Source: Nemertoderma westbladi
Taxonomy: Eukaryota; Animalia; Xenacoelomorpha
Assembly (NCBI GenBank): GCA_032718475.1
Contig: JAUCBJ010007309.1
Span: 1-64,000, forward strand
Length of the DNA: 64,000 nt
Direction: 5' to 3'
The notes under the pieces are model-generated. The model ran no database searches, had not been told where the DNA came from, and worked only from the letters and a program-made list of their open reading frames with translations. Numbering within the stretch: position 1 is the first letter of the stretch; every line of letters starts with the position of its first letter. Below are positions 1 to 11,744 of the stretch, in pieces. The position numbers were made by a program, and so were the translations under genes.

Positions 1-527
1 GGTTAAACTGCTAAAGGTCTTCAAAAGCGCGAACAACTTTTTCACTGTAACTCCTAACTCAACCAATTGGTCCTTTTTCGAAGAAATCCTACATGGGCAT
101 TTTGGAGCTAACTGCTTGGCTCACTGGAAGTGTATTTAGGTAAAGCTCTATTGTAGGCTGTGGCTCTGTTTAAGCTTAGCTGAGCCAAGACAACAGACAT
201 TAGGATGGGAACACGAACACACCATATCATCCTTCCCCTATTCATTTCATTGGTAGCCAGCTTGTCTTTCCCGCACTGGGGGTAGACCATTGCCATTGGT
301 TAGCTGTATGCTATTGTAATACAAAGAGAGCGGCAGGATAAAGAGAAATGCCGACCTCACTAATAATGGGCTGGTCCCACAGGTCACTTTAAGGTAGGTG
401 GTACAGTAGGTACTACAGTTTTTTTTTTTTTAAATTACCAAACTTCTTTATTTCAATTACAAGTAAAATAAACATTAACAAAACAAGCAGCATAATGAAT
501 TAATTAATGTCAACAAATTGTAGGTAA

Positions 528-3500
528 TTAATAATTATTGTTGAAACTATTTAATGCAATCCCAGCCTCGGCTACAGCCGCGCTCACGCCGGTCTCCCGC
601 ATCGTCTGTCTCGTTGCCAGCCTAGCCTTCGGCTTCCGTGCGCCCCGGAGGCACATGATGGAGGAACGGAGGAGGGCGAAACTCAACCGAGTCCTGATGA
701 GGGAGAGAGTCTGCGAGTAGGGAGCATCCCGTTTCGCCGACAGTAGGAGCGCAATGCGTGTGAGGAGCGCGTGGGCTGAGCGGCTGGCCCCACCAGTTGT
801 AGCAATTACAAAAGGCGAGAAGCCGGCGTGCTCGATGTCATTGATTCTCTCCTCGTACTTCCTCCGTTTCTCTCGCTCATGTTTGCTGTAAGCAGCATCC
901 ACGGAGCGAGGATTGGAGGAGCACAGAGGGTTGAATACCTTGACGTCGATATACACCCGCTCGAAGCGCCCACCCCACAGCCCACTCGCCGCAACGTCCA
1001 GACGGGCCTCCGGGTCTACCGTAGCAGATCTCAGGCGGAAAGACTCGCCCTCGATCGGCTGGAGATGGGGTTCCACCTCAACGTCGTGTGCGACCTCGCT
1101 GAGGAGCTCGGCGAGGAAATCGCGGACCTCGTTGTGCCGCAGGATCGGGTAGGCTCCCATAGGGCAGTGAAGGGAGTGGGAGATGGTGAATACAGCACCG
1201 CAGGAGCAGTTGGCGGGCAGCCTCGGGGGCTCCCACCCAAATCGCAGACACAACGCATCCCGGAAAGCGGATTTGTGTAGGGAAAAGTTGTATCTGGAAA
1301 TGGGTAGGGCCGAGAGCCATGCTGACGCTCCACGCTCCTTCGCCAGTGTCCGATGGTAGAGGGCGTCTCCGGACAGTTGAGCATCAACCGCCGCACATCG
1401 AGTCTTCACAGCCTCATCCTGCTCCTTGCGGATCTCACGCAGGATGGTCTGCTGTGTTGTACGAGCGGCTGGGTCCGAACACCGTAGGGGCTCGCAGAGT
1501 CGCAACGACTTCTCATAGCTTTCCACCTCATCCTGAGGTTGATTTATAGCTAGCCCCCCCTCCCTCACAGGGAGTGCCAGCAGCTGTCGTTCCGAAAGGC
1601 CGGGTGGGTATCTGCCAGTGAGTGTCGGGATGACTGTGCTGGAGAGTGTTTCCTCAACTCGATCCAAGTGACCGACTAACCCGGGTGTGGTGCGAGCCAA
1701 GAAGTTTACCTTTGGCTGTAAGCCACGGACCAGGCATCCGTACGCGGGGTGGGGAGCAGTCACTGCGAAATCGTTGAGGTGTTTTAGTTGGCGACAGATG
1801 ACATCAACTCGCTTCTCCAGATACCCAGCACAGTAGGATGTGGACCCTATTACGGACCCCAGGACTCGATGACCATCGACCACTTCAACAGGGAGGCCAG
1901 AGAAAATCGCGTTGGCCTCTTCGCGCTTTGAGTTCTTCACAATAAGAAATGCCTTTGTGGGGTAATATCCATAGCCAGGCCCGATGGTAGCCGCTTCCTC
2001 CCAATAGTCACGTAGCATTCCGAGGTTACCAGCAGCGCTGCCATCATCCGCATACCACTTGTGGATACCCGGAAAGGTCATCGGATCCGATGAAACCGCC
2101 TCTCGGTCTGGGTAAACCCCTGGTTGGGTGGAGGAGACCGCCGGTTGTAGGGGGGAAACCGCCGGTTGTGGTTGTAGGGGGGAACCTGCCTGTTGGAGGG
2201 GGCAACCCGCCTGTTGGAGGGGGGAACCCGCCTGTTGGAATTTGGATCCCGCCGTTGGGAGGGGGGAACCCAATGGTTGTTGGGGGGTGACCCGCCGTTG
2301 GAGGGGGGAACCCGAAGGTTGGAGGGGGGAACCCGAAGGTTGGAGGGGGGAACCCCCTGGTTGGAGGGGGGAACCCGCCAGTTGGAGGGGGGAAACCACC
2401 GGTTGGAGGGGGGAACCCTCCGGTTGGAGGGGGGAACCCACCGGTTGGAAGGGGGAACCCGCCTGTTGGAGGGGGGAACCCGAAGGTTGGAGGGGGAACC
2501 AAATGGTTGGAAGGGGGAACCCGGAGATTGGAAGGGGGAACCCGATAGTTGGAGGGGGGAACCCAAATGTTGGAGGGGGGAACCCAATAGTTGGAGGAGG
2601 GGACCTGATGGTTGGAGGGGGGGACCCGAGGATTGGAGGGGGGAACCCGATGGTTGGAGGGGTGAACCCACCGGTTGGGGGTGGGGACCCGAAGGTTGGA
2701 GGGTGGAACCCGCCGGTTGGAGCGGGGGACCCGTAGGTTTGATGAGGGAACCCAAAGGTTTGAGGGGGGAGCCCGAAGTTTGGAGGGGGGAACCCAAAGG
2801 TTGGAGGGGGGAACCCGATGGTTGAAGGGGGGAAACCGCCCATTCGAGGGGGAAGCCCGAAGGTTTGAGGGGGGAATCCAAAGGTTGGAGGGGGGAACCC
2901 GAAGGTTTGAGGGGGGAGCCCGAAGGTTTGAGGGGGGAGCCCGAATGTTGGAGGGGGGAAACCGAGGGTTGGAGGGGGAACCCACTGGTTGGAGGTGGGG
3001 GCCCACCGGTTGGAGGGGGGAGCCCACCGGTTGGCGGGGGGAGCCCACCGGTTGGAGGGGGGAATCCGGAGGTTGGAGGGGGGAAACCGCCGGTTGGAAT
3101 GGGGAAACCCGCCGGTTTGAGCGGGGGACCCGAAGGTTGGTGGGGGGAACCCAAAGGTTGGATGGGGGAAGCCACATACGTGTGGCAATTCATAAGAATA
3201 GGTTCTAGTTTCTTAACCATTGGCAATGTGCCGACTGCAAACATCTGCATCGCCAGAGAATCCCCTTGGGTTGACCCCTCTTGCGACCAGATAACGTCAT
3301 TTCCTACGAAAAGCGGCGACGGTTCCCGATAGGAATTGGTTAGGATGGTGAAGAGAACTGGACAAAGTACCTGGCAGTTCAGAAGGGTTAAACGGCGATT
3401 CAAGGCGTTGAACGCATTCTTTGCGTCAATCAAAAGGAGGCCGTCGCATTCAGGCTGTTCAAAGTGTTCCCGTAGGGCATGCACAGCGTGTTCTATACCA

Positions 3501-4957
3501 CCGACTTGCCCCGCACACAGTTGGGTGTTACCCGCCAGCTCACCAAGGTCGAACTTCGCTATCCTCCCGACCACCTTCCCAATAATCCTCCGTAGTACCT
3601 CGCCCACACCAATTGGTCGAACCCCTGGTTGTTTATCGAGTGGCACTAACCGACTCGCGTTGTAGGGAAGTAAACTCGCGGAGTCGATGTGTTCCGTCGC
3701 CAAACGCCTCGCTACCCCTGCCACGGCCTTCCTAAGGTCGCAGGATACATTACCGAAGGCTGTCATGGCGCGTCGCCAGGCGTCTGCATCGAGGCCGGAG
3801 GGACCTGGGGAACCGTGGGAGTGGAGTACACAGGAGAGCACGGCGTCACTATTGATGCTATCAAAGACCGCGGGATGAAAATCTACAGAATCTGGCCAGG
3901 AGGTTTCGATTAAAGAGGGATCTATTGGACCCGGTCCAGGGTGTTTTTCTATTAGAATATCCTTTACCGTTTTTCCACCGATTTCCTCATCGATCCCAAG
4001 GACTCTGGAACCAGTGCCATCTTCAACGATATCTACCGCGGCGCCAACTCGGCCTTTGTTCATGGCGTGAATAAACCGCTTCCGGGAATGGTCCGGGTGT
4101 ATTTTATTCCCGAGGCCCTTCCTGCGAGCAACCAGAGCGCGCCCTTCAAGTAAGAGTTCCTCAATGTTTCCTTCCCGCCATAGTTCCAACCTCCTCTGCA
4201 GAGTCTTACTCACACTGCCACCAGGTTCAACCGGTCTCGTCGCAGCTTGCAGCATTAATTTGGGCATTACCATGACTGCATACATCGCCAAGCCCTCCAT
4301 ACTGGAACCCTCGCCAAACGCATTTAGCAGTTTAGTCATCGCCGATATAAACTCTTTACCCGCCTGAGATCGAGGAATCTCGAACAAACTGGAGTTCCAA
4401 TGAGCTATCTCGTCGTATGCTAGTTTGAGGCGACCCAGGTAAACCTCACCGGGAATACCGTTCCAGTTAAATGCGAGCGTGCATGAGTGGAAGTCTGGGA
4501 GTGCCGGGGTGGGGACCTCCGGCGGGGATGATGGGGCAATCAGAGTCGTACTGGAAGTGATGTTCTGTGCAATAACGGTTTCGTCCAGTAAACTGTCACA
4601 GAAAATGTCACTGACGTAAGAGTCATTAGTCGAGGGAGGGTCTAACCGGTGGTGACTTGTGAGAGAGCCAGAAGGTAGTGAATGGTCTATTATTGATGAA
4701 TGTTGTGGAGGTTGTGAGAGGAATACGGGCACGGGGACGGCGGTGTTTCCACTCGGCGTCGACTGAGACTAAGAGAAACTGGATGAGTCAGACTTGGAAG
4801 GTCCCGGTTCTAGGGGTCCGGATCCGGAACCAAGGGGGTTCGAGCACAAACCATCTCTTCCCGGCCCACAACCGGAACACCTTAGTCTTCGTTTGATGCA
4901 AATGCAGTTCCTGCAGTTTCCGCTCCCGTGACTACATCGACATTTACACTTTGGCAT
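528..4957 (-). pseudogene. CRE retrotransposon ORF (Cys-rich N-terminus, RT, CCHC, restriction-like endonuclease), disrupted
   Basis: ORF 4957-4769 (CKCRC..CRNCICIK..CSGC) is in the same frame as 4732-2078, separated by one TAG at 4771-4769. RT motifs GVRPIGVGE, IDAKNAFN, GSTQGDSL are followed by an insertion at 2065-3180; then WYADD, CSCG..HSLHC, RHNEVRD, RLDV..IDVKV, EKRRKY in ORF 3188-528. Removing 1121 nt joins the frames (about 1103 codons). Confidence 0.92.
2065..3180. repeat. G-rich 21-bp minisatellite insertion (consensus approx. GGTTGGAGGGGGGAACCCRMM), about 50 units
   Basis: Tandem 21-nt units over about 2120-3172; insertion flanked by direct repeat TGTGG (2060-2064, 3181-3185); accounts for the multiple repetitive ORFs in all frames. 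Confidence 0.95.
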
Positions 4958-5496
4958 TGGTCGCTAATTTACCATTACCGGTACCGGTAGGCAGTTGGCT
5001 GATATCATAATAAATTAATAAATAAAGCATTCAGGTCAGGCAGTCCGCTCCGCAGTCAGGTACTACAGTGTACATGTTCAAGGGCGCCAGTCCCTTGTCG
5101 CTAGCCCATAGTATGTCATGGAGTTCCTGTAGTAGTTTCAGACGCTTTCACTCAGTATCCTAGTGTCCAGGAAGTTGGGAGTTGAGTGTGGGTGGGTGGA
5201 TTGGTGGCCCCCACGCAACACCGCAGTGTCGGGTGACTACAAAACAAAGACCAACGACCCAAATAATAAAGACCTGTACAAATACAAAACACATGTGTTA
5301 ACTTTCGTTTATTGTTTTGGTTCCCCAACACGCCACTGTAACCTGCTTCTTTACTAACCTGCTCCTTTAAATGGCAATGTGACCTCACGCTCTCTGGCAA
5401 TGGGACCTAAAGCTCTTTGAAACCTAACGCTCTTTGGGACGTAACGCGACTTTACCTCTTTGTTTTGTACAGGTCACAATGAGCGTTATGGGTAAC

Positions 5497-5582
5497 AGAC
5501 GTTTCGGTCTAAGACGTTTTGGCCTAGGACGTTTCGGCCCAATGAATGAAATACATGATTTGCTTGTCGGACGTTTTGGCCC
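5497..5582. repeat. Short 15-bp repeats (GACGTTTYGGYCY), probably a DNA-transposon subterminal remnant
   Basis: Three adjacent copies at 5497-5540 plus one at 5569-5582; no partner end found. Confidence 0.45.
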
Positions 5583-6043
5583 AAAGATTCACTTTACTCC
5601 CTTAAATAAGCGATTAATAATAAGTTATTCAATATATTTGTTTTGTAGTTGTTACGTTCGTTACTAGAGGAGTTGTCAGTAGGAACTGCTCCACCTGTTT
5701 GAAAGTCGTCCAGATCGAAGTTCTACATTATATTTATAAATAATAACTAATGTAATATTATTATTATTTATTTATATAAATTTACACCATACTGTAACTT
5801 AGAACAATGATAACATATGCTGACAAATTAACCTTAGTATTATGATGATGGGGTTTCCCCCATAAAAAAAACATACGTATTTTAAAATGTGAGTCAATAA
5901 ATAAAGTACATTAAAATACACCGAATTAAAATTATTACTGTATTTTAATGTTGGTCTTAAAAATATAATAGATTAGAAATCTTCCATTAAAGGAGCGTTG
6001 CTAATAATTATGAGACAGACTGGATGTCATATGGAATGAGATA

Positions 6044-6160
6044 AAATATATGCGTATTAAATTTAAATTTACATGAAATACTGTATATGCGTATTAAATT
6101 TAAATTTACATGAAATATATGCGTATTAAATTTAAATTTAGATGAAATGTATGCGCATTA
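6044..6160. repeat. 32-bp tandem repeat, about 3.5 copies
   Basis: Unit AAATATATGCGTATTAAATTTAAATTTACATG; one copy carries an extra CTGTA at 6081-6085. Confidence 0.9.
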
Positions 6161-7260
6161 AAAGGATCAGAGTGGATGTGAAGTGAAATAAAATATGTAT
6201 TAATAAAAGCATTATACGTCGTTATCTATGGGTATAAATCAAAATCATCTATCATCGAAGATGCGAGTTATTGTTTCAACAGATCATTAAGACATAGCTG
6301 CAACACATTGTCCAGCTACAAGAATTATCAATTGAGTAATGTTTAAAGTTAAGGAAGTATCTCCAAAATATATCGATCAGACGAGATTTATGGCCAGATC
6401 TATGGGCATAAAATGTACACTCAGTGCAATACTGACAGTATTTTGTACAGTAATACATATCGATATATATATATTGTGTTTTTTGATTATTTTCTATGAT
6501 ATTGCCTGTGTGTTTGACATAAAATTTGAAATATTTTGAACTTTCAAGTTCCCGCATGTACCGTCATAGATGCATCCTTGGGGTGTTGGCAAGAGGGACA
6601 TTATGGCTATAATAAGTAATATTTTGTGTGTTATACATTGTGGCTTGGCTATAATATGTAATATTTTAATTCTACTTAATTGGTATCCTTTAGTTACATT
6701 TTCATAACAATAATTAGTAAAATTGCGGATGTTATTGTCCTGCACTTCCTTTCAATTCGCATTGCTAATAATTATTGTACATGAGTACATAAACTTCGCA
6801 GTGCATATTTAATTGTTTAGATTATGTCTATGTGGCGATAAGAATAAAAACTTTTGTATACAAAGGGTAAAAAGCTGACCATGCAGTGACGTAAAATTAG
6901 GTGTATAAGGTTATATTAATATAAGAATCCGAGTAGCGCCGTTTCAATTTACGAAACGCCTTGGAAAGGACCCCCTTGGAAATAAGCTGCAAAGCTTTAG
7001 GGGTAATCCTATATGTTATGTTGGACAATACCTTTATACCGGTACATTGTTTGGTGTATTTGTTATTGTTTTTACATAATGTATAAATAAATCTATCTAT
7101 CTATAACGCTCCTCGTGTGTGAGGGGGGGGGGGGGGGGGGGCTTATTGTGTTCAAATAATTAATAAAGCATTTCAATTGAATTAATTATATAATTATTCT
7201 TTAGAGTTACCATCCGCGTTTATCTATTAAATATCCCTTAACGAAGCCATCACTAAAGAA

Positions 7261-7502
7261 AAGGCCCGTTTCCGCGCTGCTTTTTTCTGAGCTTTATTTC
7301 AAGCTTTTTTTAGTTAAAACAATTTCTAGAAATTAATTGCATCAAGATGAATCTGAGAATTTTCGATTGCTATAACCTAAAATATAGAATAAAGCTCAAA
7401 AAAGCTTGAATGATGAAAAAAGCTATAAAAAAAAGCTAGAAAAAAAGCTAAAAAAAAAGCTCAGAATACCTCACATAAAAAAGCAGCGCGGAAACGGGCC
7501 TT
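7261..7502. mobile_element. MITE, PIF/Harbinger-like
   Basis: About 26-bp TIR AAGGCCCGTTTCCGCGCTGCTTTTTT / AAAAAAGCAGCGCGGAAACGGGCCTT; internal AAAGCT repeats; right flank TTA, left TSD not clean. Confidence 0.8.
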
Positions 7503-7521
7503 ATGAAAATAGTATCAGTAA

Positions 7522-7908
7522 TTAGGAGTGTAAAAGGCGAGCACCGCCTTCCTGAGTGATAGCGGAGAGCCAGATGGAACTTTCTTTTTTACCAGCATCA
7601 CCGGTTCTGGCATCAAACGAGAGAAGCTGGTACTTCTTAGTCGCATTCACACGGGGGATAAGAGAAACGTAGAATTCCACGGATCCATCATTCTTAACCA
7701 TTTCAATAAGCTTTGCGTCGTAATATTTAAGGTCATAAACGCGATCTGCTTTCGGGTTGTGCTTTCCTCTACTATTCACACTCAACTGAAGTTTACCAAC
7801 TTTTAACGTAATTTCTCCCCAATACTCTTTTATATCATTATTTTTATGTTTGTAAACGTTTCCTTCCTTTATAAACTCACGTGGTAGAATGTTTACCACA
7901 TCTTCAAG
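7522..7908 (-). CDS. Probable terminal exon encoding a PH-like domain
   Basis: Non-repetitive open frame of about 128 codons, preceded by an acceptor TTTCCAG (AG at 7910-7909) in phase 0. Starts with IKEGNVYKH..KEYW-like strands and ends with helix KESSIWLSAI, the typical PH C-terminal Trp helix. Confidence 0.55.
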   Translation of the reverse strand, partial: LEDVVNILPREFIKEGNVYKHKNNDIKEYWGEITLKVGKLQLSVNSRGKHNPKADRVYDLKYYDAKLIEMVKNDGSVEFYVSLIPRVNATKKYQLLSFDARTGDAGKKESSIWLSAITQEGGARLLHS

Positions 7909-9086
7909 CTGGAAATATTAATAATTTATTACTAAGTCTTGTTTAATGGCTGTGTATAATAATTTACTGTAGTTTTAATTTAACCTTACAGTGAATTAAA
8001 TGACATGTATCGTAAGGGGGAAAGAACTGGGTAAATTTTGTTTTTTTAGTTAAAAATTGATGTTACTAGGAAACCCATTAATGTATGCATGTACAGTCAT
8101 ACCGGTAATTATTCGAGAGTTCCTTAAAATTTATAGACTAAACGTTTACTTGGTACTTACCGCGTCTTAATTATTGTACTACTACAGTACTATTATTGTA
8201 CATAATTATTGTACTATTACTTTGGTCTACATCAACAAAAATTTGAAACTTTTGAATTCTCTTAATATTTTATGTTCTGTGGGGGTTTTATGGTACCGGT
8301 ACCCCAAATCAAATAGAACGACTTCAAAACCTGAAAATCAGGAGATTTGTGTGGTTATTTTTGGTTCAATTTTATGAATAACACCAAAACATAAAGCAAT
8401 ATTGACAGTAACAGGTACTGTCAATATTGCTTTATGTTTATGCTTTATTTTTTTTAACTACAATCTACTAAACTATTAGGTATTAATTTAAAAAGTTAAA
8501 AAAATTAAAAATAAATTGGTATTCCTAAATGTACTCCTCGCTCATTACACCTTAAGGAAACACTGTAAAACAAAGGGAATACATTAACAAACCCCCAGGA
8601 AAACAGTGAAAAAATGACCAGTGTGAAATTTAACACATATGTATGTATGCCGCTAAAAAATAAAAATAATTGTTGCCAGGCGGCCAAGGAACAGTAACCA
8701 ATCAGCATGCATTTCAGCACTACAGTATCCATAATTGTACTGTTTGTCATGGGGGTTGGAGTGTTGTTTACAAACTCGCTTTGTAGTTATTTCTGTACAT
8801 CAAGACACCCAAAGCTTCAGCCATATCAATAACCTATCCATTCTCATATTATCTAAATCAGTTGAGCCTTCTACAGTATTACGCCTACGATGTTGGATTT
8901 CCTTTCTGCATGCAGCGATGTTGAAGAAGTTAAAGTTGAAGTTTTTTATTTACATTGTACATAAGCCATATAAAATATAAGACATATAAAACATAACAAA
9001 ATTAAAAATTCAAAATTCAAATTTTTTAATAATTAATTACGGTACGTCTTTAATAAAAAATAGTGCAACACGTTCATAAATATAAT

Positions 9087-9704
9087 TGTGACGGGATCCG
9101 AGTTGGCTAGGGATCCCGACCGGTGTGTGTTTCGTGGTCAATACGCGTCACCGCGGCCGCTGATGAGGTTGTCACTAAAGGCTTGTTGCTGAAAGGCCGA
9201 AGGCCGGTTTAAAAAAGTTCAGAGTTTTAGGGTAAACCCAATTATTGTTATTAATAATCTCAGAATTATGAGTACCGGTAATATAGCACAATCAGTATTG
9301 CACAATGATAGCAGTAACAACGACGGTTTAAACCGTATAACTTCCACCCTGAATAATAGCCAACAGAACATAATTAACACTTAGTAACAGTTATAAGGAC
9401 ATTACATAGGAGGTTACACACATTGCTTACTGTATTGAATTACCAGTAAATGCGCGCTAATTGATGGTGTACCACCCCACTATTGGTTGGTTTACCTCCC
9501 CTAGCCACTCCCTGTCTTTCATGGCCCTGTGTTGGTTTCCCCCTGAGATGTGTTGACATCTCTCTCTAGCTCGCAGTGTATATTGCCTCGTTCCCTCTAG
9601 TATGCAATATTGCGTTGGGCAATATTGTATATCTAATCGTGATTCGTAAATCACGACTTTCCCCATTTTCCGCTGGGTGGTGCAGTGGATTGGATCCGCT
9701 AACA
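9087..9704 (-). repeat. 3' LTR of BEL/Pao element
   Basis: TGTGACGGGATCCGAG...CCGCTAACA; visibly diverged copy of 20741-21350; adjacent PPT. Confidence 0.92.
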
Positions 9705-10600
9705 CTCCCCCCCATGCTATCTTCCCGGTGAGAAGATAGCATCAACCTCAAGTGCGCTCCAATTCCACTGGAATTCAATCTAATATTGGATGTGGGGTGG
9801 TATATTTTTCTGGGGCCAGTTTTCCAGACTGGCCCCCATGGGTCTATTCTCACTACCGACCCTTGGTACATCTGCGAGCTAATTTGTACCAAGGTATCTG
9901 GCGTCTCTATTTAGACGATCGCCTCTCCTCCTCACTCAATTTCGTTCGGATATTATTATCCGATCTCCCCATTACTTCCTCACCTCGTTAGTCCCATAAG
10001 ACTCATCCTCCACTCAGCTCGCTCCCCACACTTGAATCTCGCACCCTTCACCTTTCCTTAAACTCTCACACCTCTTCATCATACCCCTCTCGTACTCAAC
10101 CCCGTTTTACTCTCACTCCCTACACTCCTGCTGGGTCCCCACAGTCTCACACATGTGCACACATATGATAAGTGAGTCCTTTGTCTCGTCCTCCTGTTCC
10201 AGTCAATTAGTCCCCTGTCCCAGTAGCTAATTGGAAAAGGTTATATCTGACTATAGTACGTACATTATATTTATTATAGATCTACATATTGCACTTTATG
10301 ATTGATTACATATGTATGGCATGCACTAATTTTAAACTTATATAAAAAGGTATGAATCTTGAGTCTCAGTTAGTTTTAATCCTCACGGTGCCTTCCAGGC
10401 ATATCAATACAGTGCGTCATCAATCCTAAAGTTTCCCCTCCCGTTAGTAGTATAGGATGCTAGCCCCTCCGCACAAGGTCACCCGTAGCCCATCATTACC
10501 ATCCATTTCTAGTACTGCATCCAATCAGAAGCCACCATTTCAACCTTTACCAGTGGTCGTTATTATTTCAACCAATCAGATGACAGCATTTCATCCGTAA

Positions 10601-11400
10601 TATATCATCAATAAATACATGGAATTGTTTATCTTCTTCAGTTGAAATGCCGTTCAATAATTTCTCCATAGTTCGTTGGAAAGTAGCTGGTGCGTTACAT
10701 AATCCGAAGGCAAGTACTATGAATTCATAAAATCCAGAGCAACAATTAAATGTTGGTTTAGGAATGTCTCTATATGACATCGGGATCTGTCTGTAGCTGG
10801 TAGCCAAATCAAGTGTTGAGATATATTTCGAGGGCTGTAAATCATCTAATATATCATCAATATGTGGTAGTGGGTAGTTATCCTTAACAGTGATACTGTT
10901 CAGCTTCCTGTAATCGACACAAAAGTGTGGAGTGCCACCTGACTTCTTAGCTAATAGTACAAGAGAAGACAAGGGACTTTGTGATGGTTGTATAATACTG
11001 AATTTCACCATTTTGTCAATTTCATTGGCAATTACTGTTTTAAAGAGTGTGAGGTCTTCTCTTAATTGCAATATTAGTACCAGTATCGATTGAATGTTAT
11101 GCTAATTCCGTTCTACCAAGCTCATCATCTGATAGTTGAAGCACTTCATTGTATTCTTTTAATACATTAAGCAATTTTTCTTTCTCTTCTATGGTTAGGT
11201 CTGTATCTGATAGATCAACTTGCTCCTGTATAATATTATGTCTCTCATTGACATCAGTAACCAATGAAACATTACTTTCTCCTATCTCAATTATTGTTTC
11301 CTCTTCATTTTTGTTATCATTCAAAGATAGATCCAATGTTCTCAATTTTTGTACATTGGCCTATTATCAATCCCTCTGGTATTGACTTATGTAAAGAATC
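10601..11400 (-). pseudogene. Gypsy/Ty3 pol fragment (linker + RT N-half)
   Basis: ORFs 11097-11345 and 10568-11071: FCVDYRKLN, YPLPHIDDILD, STLDL..Y.QI, FGLCNAPATFQR, FIDDI. Confidence 0.9.
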
Positions 11401-11465
11401 TAAATTTAGTACACCGAGCATGCTATATATAACCATCAGTTTCAGCTTCGTGTACCGAATCTGTG

Positions 11466-11740
11466 ATACTACTACTGTACTACTAGGTCGAGCGAACTCG
11501 GACAGTGGAAATGAGATCCTTCCAGGCTTCCCGATTCTCCATAGTTGTCACAATTTCGTTTCTCCCAAGTTCAGTATCCCTTTCAAGTTGATCTATATAT
11601 GTTATGGCCGGTCATCCACGACTACGCTTTCCAAGAGTTGGTTGCCAGAGAAGTAGATCTGGTTTGACCTCGTCTTTACTTCGCCAGCAGTGCCCACTGA
11701 ATCTTAATCTGCGTTCACGTAGGGTGGTTGATACAGGTGG
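11466..11740 (-). mobile_element. RTE-clade LINE 3' fragment
   Basis: Minus-strand translation RERRLRFSGHCWRS..LLLWQP..GKRSRG..TYIDQL..MENREAW, followed by a (TAG)n tail. Confidence 0.8.
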
Positions 11741-11744
11741 TATG

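Larger units (their letters stand above)
420..5057 (-). mobile_element. Full-length CRE-clade (RLE-type) non-LTR retrotransposon
   Basis: 12-bp TSD AGGTACTACAGT at 408-419 and 5058-5069; poly(A) tail (T-run 420-431 on +) with AATAAA near 448-453 on minus; single long ORF with RT, C-terminal CCHC and PD-(D/E)xK-type endonuclease motifs. Confidence 0.92.

Noticed and set aside
2058-3179. Minisatellite insert as a spliceosomal intron (begins GTATGT on minus)
   Set aside because: The nearby acceptors checked (AG ending at 2120, 2108, 2102, 2100, 2058) do not restore the RT frame; the flanking direct repeat explains the boundaries better.
2044-3332. Long Pro/Gly-rich ORFs on both strands
   Set aside because: By-products of a stop-free 21-bp repeat.
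5070-5300. Possible solo LTR hosting the CRE insertion
   Set aside because: AATAAA and composition are suggestive, but no matching TG..CA ends with a TSD were found.
8790-8930. Possible hAT dimerisation-domain remnant on minus (SLHAER..VGVIL)
   Set aside because: Too short and broken; no termini found.
9160-9210. CTGATGAG...GAAA in the BEL LTR as a hammerhead (retrozyme)
   Set aside because: Stem II pairs poorly, there is no UH after stem III, it is not conserved in the other LTR (CTGATGTG), and it is antisense to the element.
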